Source of the DNA: Nanobdellota archaeon
Lineage (GTDB): Archaea > Nanobdellota > Nanobdellia > Pacearchaeales > GW2011-AR1
Assembly: GCA_038045705.1 (NCBI GenBank)
Contig: JBBSXO010000006.1
Coordinates: forward strand, 52,996-116,995
DNA: 64,000 nucleotides
Direction: 5' to 3'
Within the stretch, counting starts at the first letter, position 1. Each line of letters begins with the position of its first letter. The translations under genes and the position numbers were made by a program. The notes under the pieces were generated by a model. That model was not told where the DNA came from. It searched no databases and saw nothing but the letters and a program-made list of their open reading frames with translations. Shown here in pieces: positions 32,409-42,368 of this stretch.

Positions 32409-33334
32409 TTTTCAGCCTCTAACCTTCTCTCTTTTTCCACGTTTAACATGGCTATATGGTTACCTATTGGAGTTAATGTTCTAAGCATCATAAGAAAATA
32501 ATGGATTATTATAGGATCTTCTTTTTTAATAAGCTCAAGGTTACTTTCAAAGTTTCCTTTTCTTGACTCAAAAAATTTCTGTACATTGTCCTTTTGATCA
32601 TTAACTACCGCATTGTAAAGTTCTTGATAATGATCTCTTACTTCCTTAAGGAGTCTTAATTCAGACTCACTTAATTTTGGCTTCTTTTGAGCATTTAGAT
32701 GATCATAAGAATAATTGATAAGAAGAGAGATTTCAATAATTGCATTAAAAAAGTCGTAAGCATACTTTGAGTTTACTGAATCAAATATTTCTCTTTTGTT
32801 TATCAATCTCTTTGATAAATTACACAGCCTGCATAAAGTAGTGTGGAGTTCTTTTATCTCATAACTCATTTCAAAATTGCCTTTTTCACCTTCTTCTAAC
32901 AAATAGTCTAACTTTGAAAGCAAAATCCACATTATCTTTCTTACAATTTGGCCATACTCTGAATCATCTGTATGTACCATACACTTAAGTCTACATACAT
33001 TATTATCACTCTTTACTAATTCAAGACCAGTTAATAATCTAAGATCTTCTCTGATTTGAGGCAATTGTTTAGGTGAAGTATATTTTATATTGATTTCATC
33101 AAATCCAGAAGTGTATAGGTGGCGGATAATTCTTCCAATATACCATTCACCTCCGTTTTCTAAAGGAATTGTTACTGGCTCAAAAGATTTGTCTTGTATT
33201 GATATAACAAGCTTTCCACGTGAAGGTTCTACATTAACTAATTGTCCTTGTTTGAGATTATTATTTTTTACCCAGTTAGATGGAAGCGAGACAGTGAGAG
33301 TACCTTCTCCGTGCTTTACAACTTTTCTCTTCAT
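32405..33334 (-). CDS. AbrB-PhoU family regulator
   Basis: RKVVKHGEGTLTVSLPSNWV AbrB domain followed by helical PhoU-like region. Confidence 0.8.
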   Translation of the reverse strand: MKRKVVKHGEGTLTVSLPSNWVKNNNLKQGQLVNVEPSRGKLVISIQDKSFEPVTIPLENGGEWYIGRIIRHLYTSGFDEINIKYTSPKQLPQIREDLRLLTGLELVKSDNNVCRLKCMVHTDDSEYGQIVRKIMWILLSKLDYLLEEGEKGNFEMSYEIKELHTTLCRLCNLSKRLINKREIFDSVNSKYAYDFFNAIIEISLLINYSYDHLNAQKKPKLSESELRLLKEVRDHYQELYNAVVNDQKDNVQKFFESRKGNFESNLELIKKEDPIIIHYFLMMLRTLTPIGNHIAMLNVEKERRLEAEK

Positions 33335-33393
33335 AGTTCGAGAAATATAAGTTCTTTATTTAAATTTATGGTTATGTACACATATTTATACAA

Positions 33394-33411
33394 TGTGTGT
33401 TTATACACACA
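33394..33411. promoter_or_regulatory. Inverted repeat TGTGTGT-TTAT-ACACACA, candidate operator
   Basis: Perfect 7-bp arms between the divergent regulator and radical SAM operon. Confidence 0.5.
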
Positions 33412-33445
33412 ATAAGTATATAATAAAACCTCAGATATATGAGTT

Positions 33446-34429
33446 ATGACTCAAACAATAGAGAATGTATTGGGAAGATTCCCTTTACGCGTTTCTATTA
33501 CAGATAATTGTAATCTATCTTGTGTTTTCTGTTCAAATGAAGGTTTAGGAGCAGAACGTAACCAAGTTTCAATGCAACCAGAAGATTTTCGATATTTAGC
33601 AACCACATTAAGAGCTCATGGACTAAATCATATTTCTCTTTCGGGCGGAGACCCAACTGCTCATCCTGCTGCACGAGAAATGGTTGAAATTGCTAATGAA
33701 TCAGAAATTCCTCAAAGATTCTACCATACCAATGGAATACTTCTTGGAAGAGATGGACTAGCAGATGCTCTTGAACAATTTAGTAAAATTGGAGTTTCAC
33801 TACATACAACTGATTCCGCAAGATATAGCCAAATAACTGGGGGGAGACCAGCACATTATGATAAAGTAATGGCTGGATTAAAATCTCTAGGGGAAAAAGG
33901 ATTGGGACAAAAAGTAGAGGTAAAACACGTTACTGTAAAAGGAATGAATGATGACTCTGAATCTTTGAGTGGTACTCTAGATTTATGCGCACAGTACGGT
34001 TTCAAATTTAAATTTCTAAATTTTGAAGCAATTCATGCTGGACAGGTTGGTTTAGTGCAGAATGCAGAAGTAATTAGACAAAGAGTTAGAGATTTAGGAG
34101 CGGTTCATCTTCCTGACCAAGGAGGAGTTTTCAGAGGACAGGATTCTTACTTACCAATTCAATGGTTTAGTTACAAAGGAACTAAAGGCGTTGTTATAGA
34201 TGTTGGTTGCGGAAGACCTGAGGTTTGCAGAAGCTGTCATGATTCTAATGAAATATATGTAACTCCCAAGCTCAGCATAAAGCCTTGCAAAATGAGCAGT
34301 CATGAAATTTCTCTTAAAGAAGCAATTGATCGTAGAGATGAAGGAGCACTTATAAGTTCAATAATGGAATCAAGAGCATTCTTACGCACACAACCAGGAT
34401 TAGGTAAAACCTATTGGGAGCAAAGATGA
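33446..34429 (+). CDS. Radical SAM enzyme, MoaA-like with twitch-type Cys cluster
   Basis: RVSITDNCNLSCVFC, GGDP, TNG, C-terminal CRSC...KPC. Confidence 0.85.
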   Translation: MTQTIENVLGRFPLRVSITDNCNLSCVFCSNEGLGAERNQVSMQPEDFRYLATTLRAHGLNHISLSGGDPTAHPAAREMVEIANESEIPQRFYHTNGILLGRDGLADALEQFSKIGVSLHTTDSARYSQITGGRPAHYDKVMAGLKSLGEKGLGQKVEVKHVTVKGMNDDSESLSGTLDLCAQYGFKFKFLNFEAIHAGQVGLVQNAEVIRQRVRDLGAVHLPDQGGVFRGQDSYLPIQWFSYKGTKGVVIDVGCGRPEVCRSCHDSNEIYVTPKLSIKPCKMSSHEISLKEAIDRRDEGALISSIMESRAFLRTQPGLGKTYWEQR

Positions 34430-35103
34430 ATAAAAAATTAGTAATGTTATATACAAAGTTCCCTGAAATTGGAAAATCAAAAACAAGAATAGCAAGAGAA
34501 AGCTCAGAATTATTCGCGTATATTGTAAGTCTTTGCACACTTAAGGATACTATAAACAAAGTGAGCAATTCAAAAAGTTATGATTTTATTGCAGTAGTTA
34601 ATAGTAAAGAAGAGTCTCAATTGTTCAGAGAGAAACTTGGAATTAATGTTTATGTTTTAAATGAATCTTTATTACAAAGCGACCAAAGTCAAAGATTTTC
34701 ATTTCTATTTTCCAATTTTAAGAAAAGCTATGAAAAAATAATTTTAATCCCAAGTGATGTTCCCTCAATCGCCGAATCTAGCCTAATTAACGCATTTAAT
34801 ATTTTGGAAAATAATGATTATGTATTTGGCCCAGAATACAATGGAGGAGTATACCTTATCGGAATGAATAAAAATCCAGACAATATTTTTGATAGAGTTA
34901 GATGGAGTACTGAAAATTCTTTTAAAGATTTAGTAAATAATAGTAAAAACAAAAGTTATCTGTTAAAATTAAAGGGTGATCTCAATAAATTACAAGACTT
35001 AAATTTATTTAAAGAAGACATAGAAAAAAGATCCCCATTACTCTATGAGTTTCTTGCTAATAATTTCTACAAAGGGGTCAAAATTAATTATGCTTACAAT
35101 TGA
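34426..35103 (+). CDS. DUF2064/CofC-like nucleotidyl- or glycosyltransferase
   Basis: KFPEIGKSKTR, SDVP, VFGPEYNGGVYLIG, WST, DLN..DL. Confidence 0.8.
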   Translation: MNKKLVMLYTKFPEIGKSKTRIARESSELFAYIVSLCTLKDTINKVSNSKSYDFIAVVNSKEESQLFREKLGINVYVLNESLLQSDQSQRFSFLFSNFKKSYEKIILIPSDVPSIAESSLINAFNILENNDYVFGPEYNGGVYLIGMNKNPDNIFDRVRWSTENSFKDLVNNSKNKSYLLKLKGDLNKLQDLNLFKEDIEKRSPLLYEFLANNFYKGVKINYAYN

Positions 35104-35719
35104 ACTATTTGGTATTTCAAGAACAGGTAAAACTTCTACTTTGAGAAACCTTGCTTCACATTTCGAAGCAAATGGAGAAAGATGCGAAATTATTGGAAGA
35201 GCCCCAATAGATTTCAAAAGTTGTAGAGATCTTGAAGACTTTCATCAAAAAATGCTATTATACTTAGAACAAAGAATTCCAGAGGCTCAAGAAAGAAAAC
35301 CACATTATCTGTTGATGGACAGAGGACCTTATGATAGGCAAGTTATGCTAGAAGCAGACCATCAAGACGGAAAAGTAGGAGATCAAGTTTATAGAGATGC
35401 AACCCAAAGACTGCTTAGTTTAGAACCAAAAATTGATATTCCTTTAATTTTTCTTGTAGATCCTACAACTTCTCTAGCTAGAATTGGTTCACAAAGAGAC
35501 GAAGGCCTAGACTATTCTCATATGTGTGTTGGGCTTAACACGAGAGACAATGTTGCTGAATTAGGTAGATTATTTGATCAGTATTCTGCTTTACAAAGGG
35601 CAAAGAAAGGCATTATAAGCGTTTATACTGGCGGAAGTGCAACAGATACATTACAATCAGCCTTAAGGGTAATAGCATCGACAAAAGTTAAAAACAATGG
35701 AGAACATACACAATCATGA
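35090..35719 (+). CDS. Nucleoside/nucleotide kinase (thymidylate/dNK-like P-loop)
   Basis: GISRTGKT, MDRGPYD; start reassigned to ATG 35090. Confidence 0.75.
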   Translation: MLTIELFGISRTGKTSTLRNLASHFEANGERCEIIGRAPIDFKSCRDLEDFHQKMLLYLEQRIPEAQERKPHYLLMDRGPYDRQVMLEADHQDGKVGDQVYRDATQRLLSLEPKIDIPLIFLVDPTTSLARIGSQRDEGLDYSHMCVGLNTRDNVAELGRLFDQYSALQRAKKGIISVYTGGSATDTLQSALRVIASTKVKNNGEHTQS

Positions 35720-36228
35720 AAGAAATAGAGATTAAACTAAAATACAGCGATGAAAATGCGCTAAGAAAGAAAATAAAAAGTATTGGAAAACACACAGAGA
35801 CCTATGAGATTGTTGATTGTTATTATGGAAGAGATGGCGAAAACATGAAGACTGCTGAAAAATTGCTAAGGATAAGAACAAAGAAAGGAGTATCTGAGCT
35901 TACATTTAAAGGTAAAAAAGAGACAGAAGGAAATGTCTGGGAAAGAGTTGAGATAAATGTTCCAATTGGGGATTCTGAGAAGATGGAACTTGTTCTAAAA
36001 AACCTTGGACTAAAAAGAATTCTAAAAAATCGAACAATTAGAGAATACTGGAACATTAATGGAACAGAATTAGGAATTATGAAAATTAAAGAACCAGCAG
36101 AAGTTGATTTTGTAGAGATCGAAGGTAAAACTAAAGAAGATGTTGAAAGAGTTACTGGCTTGTTTAAAGGAATTTTAGAGCCTATTGGTAAAGACCATTT
36201 CAAAAAATTAGATGAGGCTAACAAATAA
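35716..36228 (+). CDS. CYTH-domain protein (class IV adenylate cyclase/triphosphatase-like)
   Basis: EIEIK, LRIR, LTFKG, FVEIE. Confidence 0.85.
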   Translation: MKEIEIKLKYSDENALRKKIKSIGKHTETYEIVDCYYGRDGENMKTAEKLLRIRTKKGVSELTFKGKKETEGNVWERVEINVPIGDSEKMELVLKNLGLKRILKNRTIREYWNINGTELGIMKIKEPAEVDFVEIEGKTKEDVERVTGLFKGILEPIGKDHFKKLDEANK

Positions 36229-36800
36229 TGTTGCCAGAGATATTTATCATAAGGCATCCAGAAACAATCAATAATAAAGAAAAGATCATTGAAGATCCTA
36301 TGGGAGGAGATTTATCTGAATATGGTAAATCTCAGATACCTGATGCAGTTAAGAGTTTATTATCTTTAGAAATTTCTAAAGTATACTCTAGCGATTCTGC
36401 ACGATGTAAAGAACTTGCTGAAGCATTTTCTAATGAATCTGAGATAGATATCCATTATGATCCTATGCTTCGCGAAGTCAATAGTGGAGATTGGATCGGC
36501 ATGAAAAAAATAGAAGTTAAAAAGCTTATAGCACAGAATAAAAGACCAAGAAATGGAGAAAATTTAGATCAATTAATGCAAAGAGCTAAAGTTGTCCTTA
36601 ACAAATTAATTCAAGAAAAAGGTAGAATATTATTAATCACTCATGGTTGTCTAAGTAAAATGATTATAGGTGCAACAATGAATATGGGTGCTTATGAAGC
36701 AGATGAAAAAGTAAGCATAAAAAATTGTCAGATAATAAAATTGGATTTCAAAAATATAGGGTCAAAACAGATTCCACTTATTCAAAACAGAAAAAATTAG
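36228..36800 (+). CDS. Histidine phosphatase (PGM family)
   Basis: RHPET, SDSAR, LRE, THG. Confidence 0.85.
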   Translation: MLPEIFIIRHPETINNKEKIIEDPMGGDLSEYGKSQIPDAVKSLLSLEISKVYSSDSARCKELAEAFSNESEIDIHYDPMLREVNSGDWIGMKKIEVKKLIAQNKRPRNGENLDQLMQRAKVVLNKLIQEKGRILLITHGCLSKMIIGATMNMGAYEADEKVSIKNCQIIKLDFKNIGSKQIPLIQNRKN

Positions 36801-36823
36801 AGGTATAGTGATTGGATTAATTA

Positions 36824-37138
36824 ATGAGGAACACACTACAAAAAGAGAAAAGTAAAGAAAATCTTTTATCTGAGATGCTCTCATATCTCGAACCAAAGGA
36901 AACTATCCAAATTAATGGGAAACTTTCTTATAAGGAAAGTTTAGGTTCTTGGAATGTAATTCAATTGCAAAAAGAGATTATTGATTTATTTCCTCAACTT
37001 AGAGAGAAAAGAAGTAATTTTGGTTATACTATGTTCTATAATCGCTCGTTTAAGGAATCGAGAAAAATAATTGATGAGCTAGAAAAAAACGGGGTTGTTC
37101 CTATTTTTCTGTTGTTAGGTAAGGTAAAAGAAAGATAG
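36824..37138 (+). CDS. Conserved hypothetical protein, paralog of 52655-52969
   Basis: Shared LSYLEPKETI...GSWNVIQLQKEIID...GVVPIFLLLGK. Confidence 0.75.
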   Translation: MRNTLQKEKSKENLLSEMLSYLEPKETIQINGKLSYKESLGSWNVIQLQKEIIDLFPQLREKRSNFGYTMFYNRSFKESRKIIDELEKNGVVPIFLLLGKVKER

Positions 37139-37185
37139 TAAACTAGAATCTGAAGTTTTTTATATCATCGATATCTAGAGATTTT

Positions 37186-38154
37186 ATGAAAAAAGAACCA
37201 ATCTCAAAGAGACAGCATTATGTTAATCAAGCTTACTTAAAAAATTTTAGAATAGAAAGTACGGAAGATAGTTTATTTATGTATGATAAAGAGAAAATGT
37301 CTATTGCTAGGGTAAAAACTGCAAATGTAGCCAGCGAGAATTTCTTTTATGATAGGACAGAAGAGCGCATTATAGAGAAGACTTTAGCAGAATTTGAAGG
37401 TAAATGTAATGTTATCTTAAAAAAGGTCATCGAAAAGGAAGATTTAGACCAATTAATTAGTGAAGAAAAGGAGCTTTTAGCGACGTTTTTAGCAGTTCAA
37501 TTTTTAAGATCAAAAGAATTAAGAATTGATTATAAACAGATTGCAGAGGCTGTTTTAGAAAGGGTTGCTGAGAAAATAGTTCCAGATTTTAAGAAAGGAG
37601 ATATTAAAGTCGTAGAAGATTCTTTATCTGGACTTCATGTACATACGATTTTTAAAGAATCTGGACATTTTGCAAAATTATTTCTTGATAAATCATGGAA
37701 ATTATGTATCAATAATTCCTCTATTCCTTTTTGGACTTCCGATAATCCTTGTGCAATACATAACGATCTTGAGCCAGAACCATTCAAAAGCAATCTAGGA
37801 ATTGAATGTAAGGGCTTTCAGTTGCATTTTCCATTATCTTCAAGGTTACTCTTAATAATTATTGACAAAAACATTAAGGTAATTGATTTAAGTAATGCAA
37901 AAGAAATAAAATATCCAAAAAAGAGAAGTTTTTACAGGAATATAGATAAGAAACTAGACGTTCCTTTATTTACTTTAATGCCTCCAAAGGAATTTGTTGG
38001 AGGGGACAGAGTTACTTTTGAGAATAATTTGCAGGTAATATCTGCGACAAGATTTATCTTTTCTTCAAATGAAGATTTTTCTCTTGCTGACAAATATTTA
38101 AAAGAACAACCGATACATAGAAATGCAAATAGAGGAAGATTTAAAGTAATGTAA
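37186..38154 (+). CDS. DUF4238 family protein
   Basis: RQHYVNQAYLKNF, FWTSDNP, FPLS. Confidence 0.75.
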   Translation: MKKEPISKRQHYVNQAYLKNFRIESTEDSLFMYDKEKMSIARVKTANVASENFFYDRTEERIIEKTLAEFEGKCNVILKKVIEKEDLDQLISEEKELLATFLAVQFLRSKELRIDYKQIAEAVLERVAEKIVPDFKKGDIKVVEDSLSGLHVHTIFKESGHFAKLFLDKSWKLCINNSSIPFWTSDNPCAIHNDLEPEPFKSNLGIECKGFQLHFPLSSRLLLIIIDKNIKVIDLSNAKEIKYPKKRSFYRNIDKKLDVPLFTLMPPKEFVGGDRVTFENNLQVISATRFIFSSNEDFSLADKYLKEQPIHRNANRGRFKVM

Positions 38155-38210
38155 TTGACTATCAATTTAATATCTAAAATTTTAAAATCTCCTAATGATT
38201 TCGGAGAATT

Positions 38211-38780
38211 ATGAAAAAAGAATGCGTTGAACATTACAATAAGATTAAGATAAGTAATATCAGCATACTTAGTTCTAACAAAAAGTTAAGCGACTATGAG
38301 AGAAATTTAAAACTAGAATATGCCCGAGAAGAGCAATACGAGTCTGACTCATTTAATCTTAAACTTGCAGATAGTAGATGTAACTTGGGTGGTTGGCGTC
38401 TCTGGTTTATGTGTCAAGGGTGCGAAAAGAAAGTTGGAACCCTATTCTACAAATATGACCCTCAAAATCTAAGATGTAGAAACTGTTTAAATCTTACTTA
38501 TGAGGCAAGACAGAATAAAAGAAAAGAGGCATTTCATCTTATTGGTAATGCAATAAGGCTTAAACAAAAATATGATTTAATAGGAGAAAGGCTGTTAAGG
38601 AAAGGAATACATGCAAAGACTCGCCTCAGACTTTGGTCAGAAAAAACAATATTAGGGGAAGAACTAATAGAAGTTCTAGCCTTACAAAAAGAAGTCTTAT
38701 CCAATAATTCTGTTAAATATGGAAAAAGAATGCAAGAACTAATAGAAAATAAAAAATTAGATTTTACAACAAGACCATAA
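38211..38780 (+). CDS. Zinc-ribbon hypothetical protein
   Basis: GGWRLWFMCQGC...CRNCLNLTY. Confidence 0.6.
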   Translation: MKKECVEHYNKIKISNISILSSNKKLSDYERNLKLEYAREEQYESDSFNLKLADSRCNLGGWRLWFMCQGCEKKVGTLFYKYDPQNLRCRNCLNLTYEARQNKRKEAFHLIGNAIRLKQKYDLIGERLLRKGIHAKTRLRLWSEKTILGEELIEVLALQKEVLSNNSVKYGKRMQELIENKKLDFTTRP

Positions 38781-38802
38781 TTACAATTTTCTATTACCTT
38801 CT

Positions 38803-39021
38803 TTATCTAAAATTATTCTTTCCTTTTACATATTTTATAAGAACTAAGAAAATTCCTAAAATAACAGACACTACTCCTGAAGAAGAGTTGCTTAGTGGAA
38901 ATGAAGGATAAAGAGCCTTTGCAATTAATAGAGCCATGTAGATTACCACTGCTGAAACAAAGAAGACTCTAAAAGCTCCTATAATATCCCCTACAACATT
39001 ATCAGACCAGTGTTTAGCCAT
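38803..39021 (-). CDS. Small membrane protein
   Basis: Two TM helices. Confidence 0.5.
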   Translation of the reverse strand: MAKHWSDNVVGDIIGAFRVFFVSAVVIYMALLIAKALYPSFPLSNSSSGVVSVILGIFLVLIKYVKGKNNFR

Positions 39022-39072
39022 AGAAATTATGATTATCCTAAATATTTAAATTCTTTCAACCTTTATAAAAAT

Positions 39073-39606
39073 ATGGGAAATAGAGAGTATCAAGTATGGG
39101 ATAAAAAAGGAGAAGGAGAAGAGTCTTGGATGCAATTTAGAAGATTTGCAGTATCTTATAGAAAGGCTTTTCAAACATGTATTAAAAAAGAAGTTGAAGA
39201 TGCATCAAACGGCTTAATATTTGATGATGAAGATATTTTTCCATCTTTGTTATTATTCAATCATTATGTAGAACTCTCTTTGAAAGCCTTACTTGAAAAA
39301 TCTGGAAGCAACTTTAAAAGTCATATTTTAAAAGATTTATTAGAAGAGGTTGAAAAGAACTATCCTGACTTTAAACTCAGCAACTTACCAAGAAAATTAA
39401 TAACTGATATTGATTTAATTAACCCAGCTAGACCTTTATTAGACCACGAAGGTTTTAGGTATCCTTTAGATAATAAAAGAAATAAGATCTGGGTTACTGA
39501 AAGAAATAATCATGCTTTTATTGTTCTTGGTGGAGTTCATACTTCTTCAATAAATCTAATAAATGAGATAGAAGCTTACTTTAAAGATAAGATAATAAAA
39601 GCTTAG
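39073..39606 (+). CDS. HEPN-like protein
   Basis: HYVELSLKA, SHILKDL, FRYP pattern; ATG start at MGNRE. Confidence 0.55.
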   Translation: MGNREYQVWDKKGEGEESWMQFRRFAVSYRKAFQTCIKKEVEDASNGLIFDDEDIFPSLLLFNHYVELSLKALLEKSGSNFKSHILKDLLEEVEKNYPDFKLSNLPRKLITDIDLINPARPLLDHEGFRYPLDNKRNKIWVTERNNHAFIVLGGVHTSSINLINEIEAYFKDKIIKA

Positions 39607-39623
39607 TATTCTAATAATTTAAT

Positions 39624-40052
39624 ATGACTACAAAAAACACAATCCGTAATTCAGATAGATCAAAGTTAAATAAACATAAGAAGACCATTTTAGAGCATTA
39701 TTTATCTAGCTTTAATTCAGAACATTTTTGCAATAGGTGTAAGAAAGTCTTGCCCTTGCCAGAACTTGAGATACATCATCTTAGCTATGAAACTGAAAGT
39801 TATCGCTATGGAGAAATAGTTTGCAGACCTTGTCATGAGGCTACCGAAAAAGGTATTATTTCTTCTTTTCATGAGCAAAAAAACACAGGTATTCAGAATG
39901 TCTTTGTATTTCAGAAATATTTATCTGGAATGGCAATTATCTCTAGATTAGAAGACGGAAGAATCTTGCAGAGGATGAGATTAAGACTTAGAGCTGGGGA
40001 AGAAGTAAAACCATTAGTTTTAATGGGGATTTTTACAGATAGAAAGATATAA
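39624..40052 (+). CDS. HNH-like endonuclease
   Basis: CNRC...EIHH...VCRPCH. Confidence 0.65.
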   Translation: MTTKNTIRNSDRSKLNKHKKTILEHYLSSFNSEHFCNRCKKVLPLPELEIHHLSYETESYRYGEIVCRPCHEATEKGIISSFHEQKNTGIQNVFVFQKYLSGMAIISRLEDGRILQRMRLRLRAGEEVKPLVLMGIFTDRKI

Positions 40053-40076
40053 ATTAGGTTTCTTGATAGAGTTTTC

Positions 40077-40382
40077 ATGGAAATTGTTAAACAAATATTG
40101 GCAACAGTTCTATTTTTAGCAATGGCTTATGTTGCCTTTGATGTAAGCTTATTATTTTTTATTTTCTTCATTTTAGGTGGAATATATTCTCTGATATTTC
40201 ATGATGCTTGGGAAAGACCAGGGGTTCCAATTTTATGGTTTGCTGGAGGGCTTATTTGTAGAGTAGCTTTATCAGGAATATTGCTTCCAATCTTGAAATA
40301 TGAAAATTTAATAGATCTAGTTATAGGATTATTTGCTTTCGGAGTAGTTTATTTAATAGGTCACAGAGTTAGGAATGGATGA
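40077..40382 (+). CDS. Small membrane protein
   Basis: Hydrophobic throughout. Confidence 0.55.
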   Translation: MEIVKQILATVLFLAMAYVAFDVSLLFFIFFILGGIYSLIFHDAWERPGVPILWFAGGLICRVALSGILLPILKYENLIDLVIGLFAFGVVYLIGHRVRNG

Positions 40383-40967
40383 ATGATGCCTAAAACCTTT
40401 GAAAAACAACAACTAACAATAAATTGGATTTTAGTAGGCATAGCTATAATTGGACTATATTTCACACACCTTCAAATTAATATAAATGATCAAAATACTA
40501 AGTTATATGAACAGACTGTAAGACCAAATATAAAAATAAGTTCTTACAATCTTGACAGTAACCTTGAGGTTTATTATCGGAATAGAATTTCTGCTATAAA
40601 TCTAGATAATTCTTCTGGTACGGTTCTTAATTTTTTCATTACCAATATCGGAAAAATTGATGCTAAATGGGTTTCCATTATGATAAATAATTCATGGGCA
40701 TCAAATATCCGTTTAAATTTTGATAACATATCTTCAGGAGAAACCGAATTTGGACAGATAATCATGACTACAAGAGAGTGCCAAGATTGGAACATATTTG
40801 GAAAATCTGAAGGAAAAAGTTTAGATTCTTGCAAAGCAAGTGAGAATAATATAAGTTTAGGAAAGGAAAATATAGAACTTAAAATAGAATGTATAAATTG
40901 CGACCCTCCAACCCAATATCAAGATTTAGAAGTTTGCTTTGAAAGTATTAATAACAATATTTGCTAA
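40383..40967 (+). CDS. Membrane-anchored hypothetical protein
   Basis: N-terminal TM followed by beta-rich domain. Confidence 0.55.
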   Translation: MMPKTFEKQQLTINWILVGIAIIGLYFTHLQININDQNTKLYEQTVRPNIKISSYNLDSNLEVYYRNRISAINLDNSSGTVLNFFITNIGKIDAKWVSIMINNSWASNIRLNFDNISSGETEFGQIIMTTRECQDWNIFGKSEGKSLDSCKASENNISLGKENIELKIECINCDPPTQYQDLEVCFESINNNIC

Positions 40968-41078
40968 AATCAAAGGATTAGGTTTATACAAGTCGTTTAA
41001 AAAATATCAAAAATGCCACAAAACTAATAAATAAAATGAATGGACAAGACTTAATTACATCTAAATGTTAGAGAAAAT

Positions 41079-42110
41079 ATGCCTCAGAAAACTATGATCT
41101 ATGAAATAAAAGAAATGAAACAACAAGAAAATAATAAATCTGTTAGTCATAAGTATAGACTTATAGGTGTAATTATAGGGGCAATTATTAGTGCTATATT
41201 TTTAGTTTCCATCCTAATGAGTAATCCATTTAGTATCCAAAATCTTATGTTTGGAGCAATACCTTTTATTATTTGGATAATCTTAGGATTATATATTGGG
41301 CACTCTATAGAAAGAAAACATTATAGGACTTTGATGGTTTTCTCAATATTTTTTATTATTCCAATCATACTTAATCTTGCTGGTCCAGTAAATGAATTTA
41401 TTTATCCTGAAAGCACTTTTAGTGAGAAGATTACTATAAGATTTGATTCTGTTAACTCAGACAATAAATCCTATGTTAATTATGATAATCCCCTTTTGGA
41501 TAGTACTGCTGTTTGGAATTCAGTTTATAATGCAACAGTAATTAAAGATGGCTATGTCGATGGGGTTGGTGATAAAAAATACTTCTTAACCAAAGGTACT
41601 AAAATAACTCTAGAAAAGGGTGATGGAAATATTAGTAAAATTTATAATAATTACATTAAAACAGGCGTAGAGCCAAAATTGGCAGAGAATTATATCCAAC
41701 AAAGCTATGGGAGTCGTACACCACCAATAATTGGAGAAAATTATGAAGTGATACTGTTTAGTGGGGATGGCAAATCATTTTCCTTCCAACATTATGTGGA
41801 TGATAAAGGTCTAACTCTATCACAAGAGTATGGTAAAAAAACAGCCTTGTCTAATGGCTTATTTTCTCTTGTTATTCTATCAACTCCAATTTATGTTTTT
41901 ACTTACGGCTTTTTTATATGGTATATGTTTTTAATAATGACTTATGGTTTAGGACTAATCTTTATTATTTTGGGGTTATTTATCACAAATTGGGCATCTA
42001 AAGATCACGTGGGAAATATAAGAAGAATTGATTTCTTAATAATTTTCTTACAATATCTAACTTGTTTGGGAACGATTATTACTTTAACGGGCATATTACC
42101 AACTTGGTAA
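41079..42110 (+). CDS. Polytopic membrane protein
   Basis: N- and C-terminal TM bundles around a soluble domain. Confidence 0.6.
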   Translation: MPQKTMIYEIKEMKQQENNKSVSHKYRLIGVIIGAIISAIFLVSILMSNPFSIQNLMFGAIPFIIWIILGLYIGHSIERKHYRTLMVFSIFFIIPIILNLAGPVNEFIYPESTFSEKITIRFDSVNSDNKSYVNYDNPLLDSTAVWNSVYNATVIKDGYVDGVGDKKYFLTKGTKITLEKGDGNISKIYNNYIKTGVEPKLAENYIQQSYGSRTPPIIGENYEVILFSGDGKSFSFQHYVDDKGLTLSQEYGKKTALSNGLFSLVILSTPIYVFTYGFFIWYMFLIMTYGLGLIFIILGLFITNWASKDHVGNIRRIDFLIIFLQYLTCLGTIITLTGILPTW

Positions 42111-42244
42111 GACAGAGGCGACTTCTGACTTTTCTAATCAATCACTTTCATCTAGACAAAACTTATAAACTCTGCAAGTCTTTAGAATGTTGTATAAAAC
42201 TTGTACATAAAACATTCCACTCTAATCGCAAAACGGGGAGTATG

Positions 42245-42257
42245 CCGGGACGGGCGT
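42245..42257 (+). repeat. att core copy (attR of element 1 / attL of element 2)
   Basis: CCGGGACGGGCGT, identical to 12577-12589. Confidence 0.9.
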
Positions 42258-42313
42258 AAGCCTATTGTGGCATTTTCTAGAGACTGTAAAAACTATTTTG
42301 CGAGAGTCCCAGC

Positions 42314-42368
42314 AAAATACCAAGATGGTGGTACGCCCTGCCCGGGCTGAATCCCATTCTGGTATTTT
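42314..42368 (-). repeat. Inverted attP-like site: variant core flanked by 15-bp inverted arms
   Basis: Minus-strand core CCGGGCAGGGCGT (42333-42345); arms AAAATACCAAGATGG / CCATTCTGGTATTTT. Confidence 0.7.

Larger units (their letters stand above)
12590..42257. mobile_element. Integrative, probably conjugative element 1 at tRNA-Asp
   Basis: 13-bp direct repeat, terminal inverted repeats (12623-12638 vs 42190-42205 perfect 16 bp; 12592-12606 vs 42224-42238 13/15), integrase, VirB4 module. Confidence 0.88.

Noticed and set aside
33446-34429. Calling this gene moaA (molybdenum cofactor synthesis)
   Set aside because: Lacks the RxR and C-terminal GG motifs, and no other moa genes are nearby
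42062-42259. 65-aa ORF at the element junction
   Set aside because: Runs across the att arms and core; no protein features
42314-42368. Second tRNA gene on the minus strand
   Set aside because: Only a 3'-end-like 13-mer; no T-loop, anticodon or D arm
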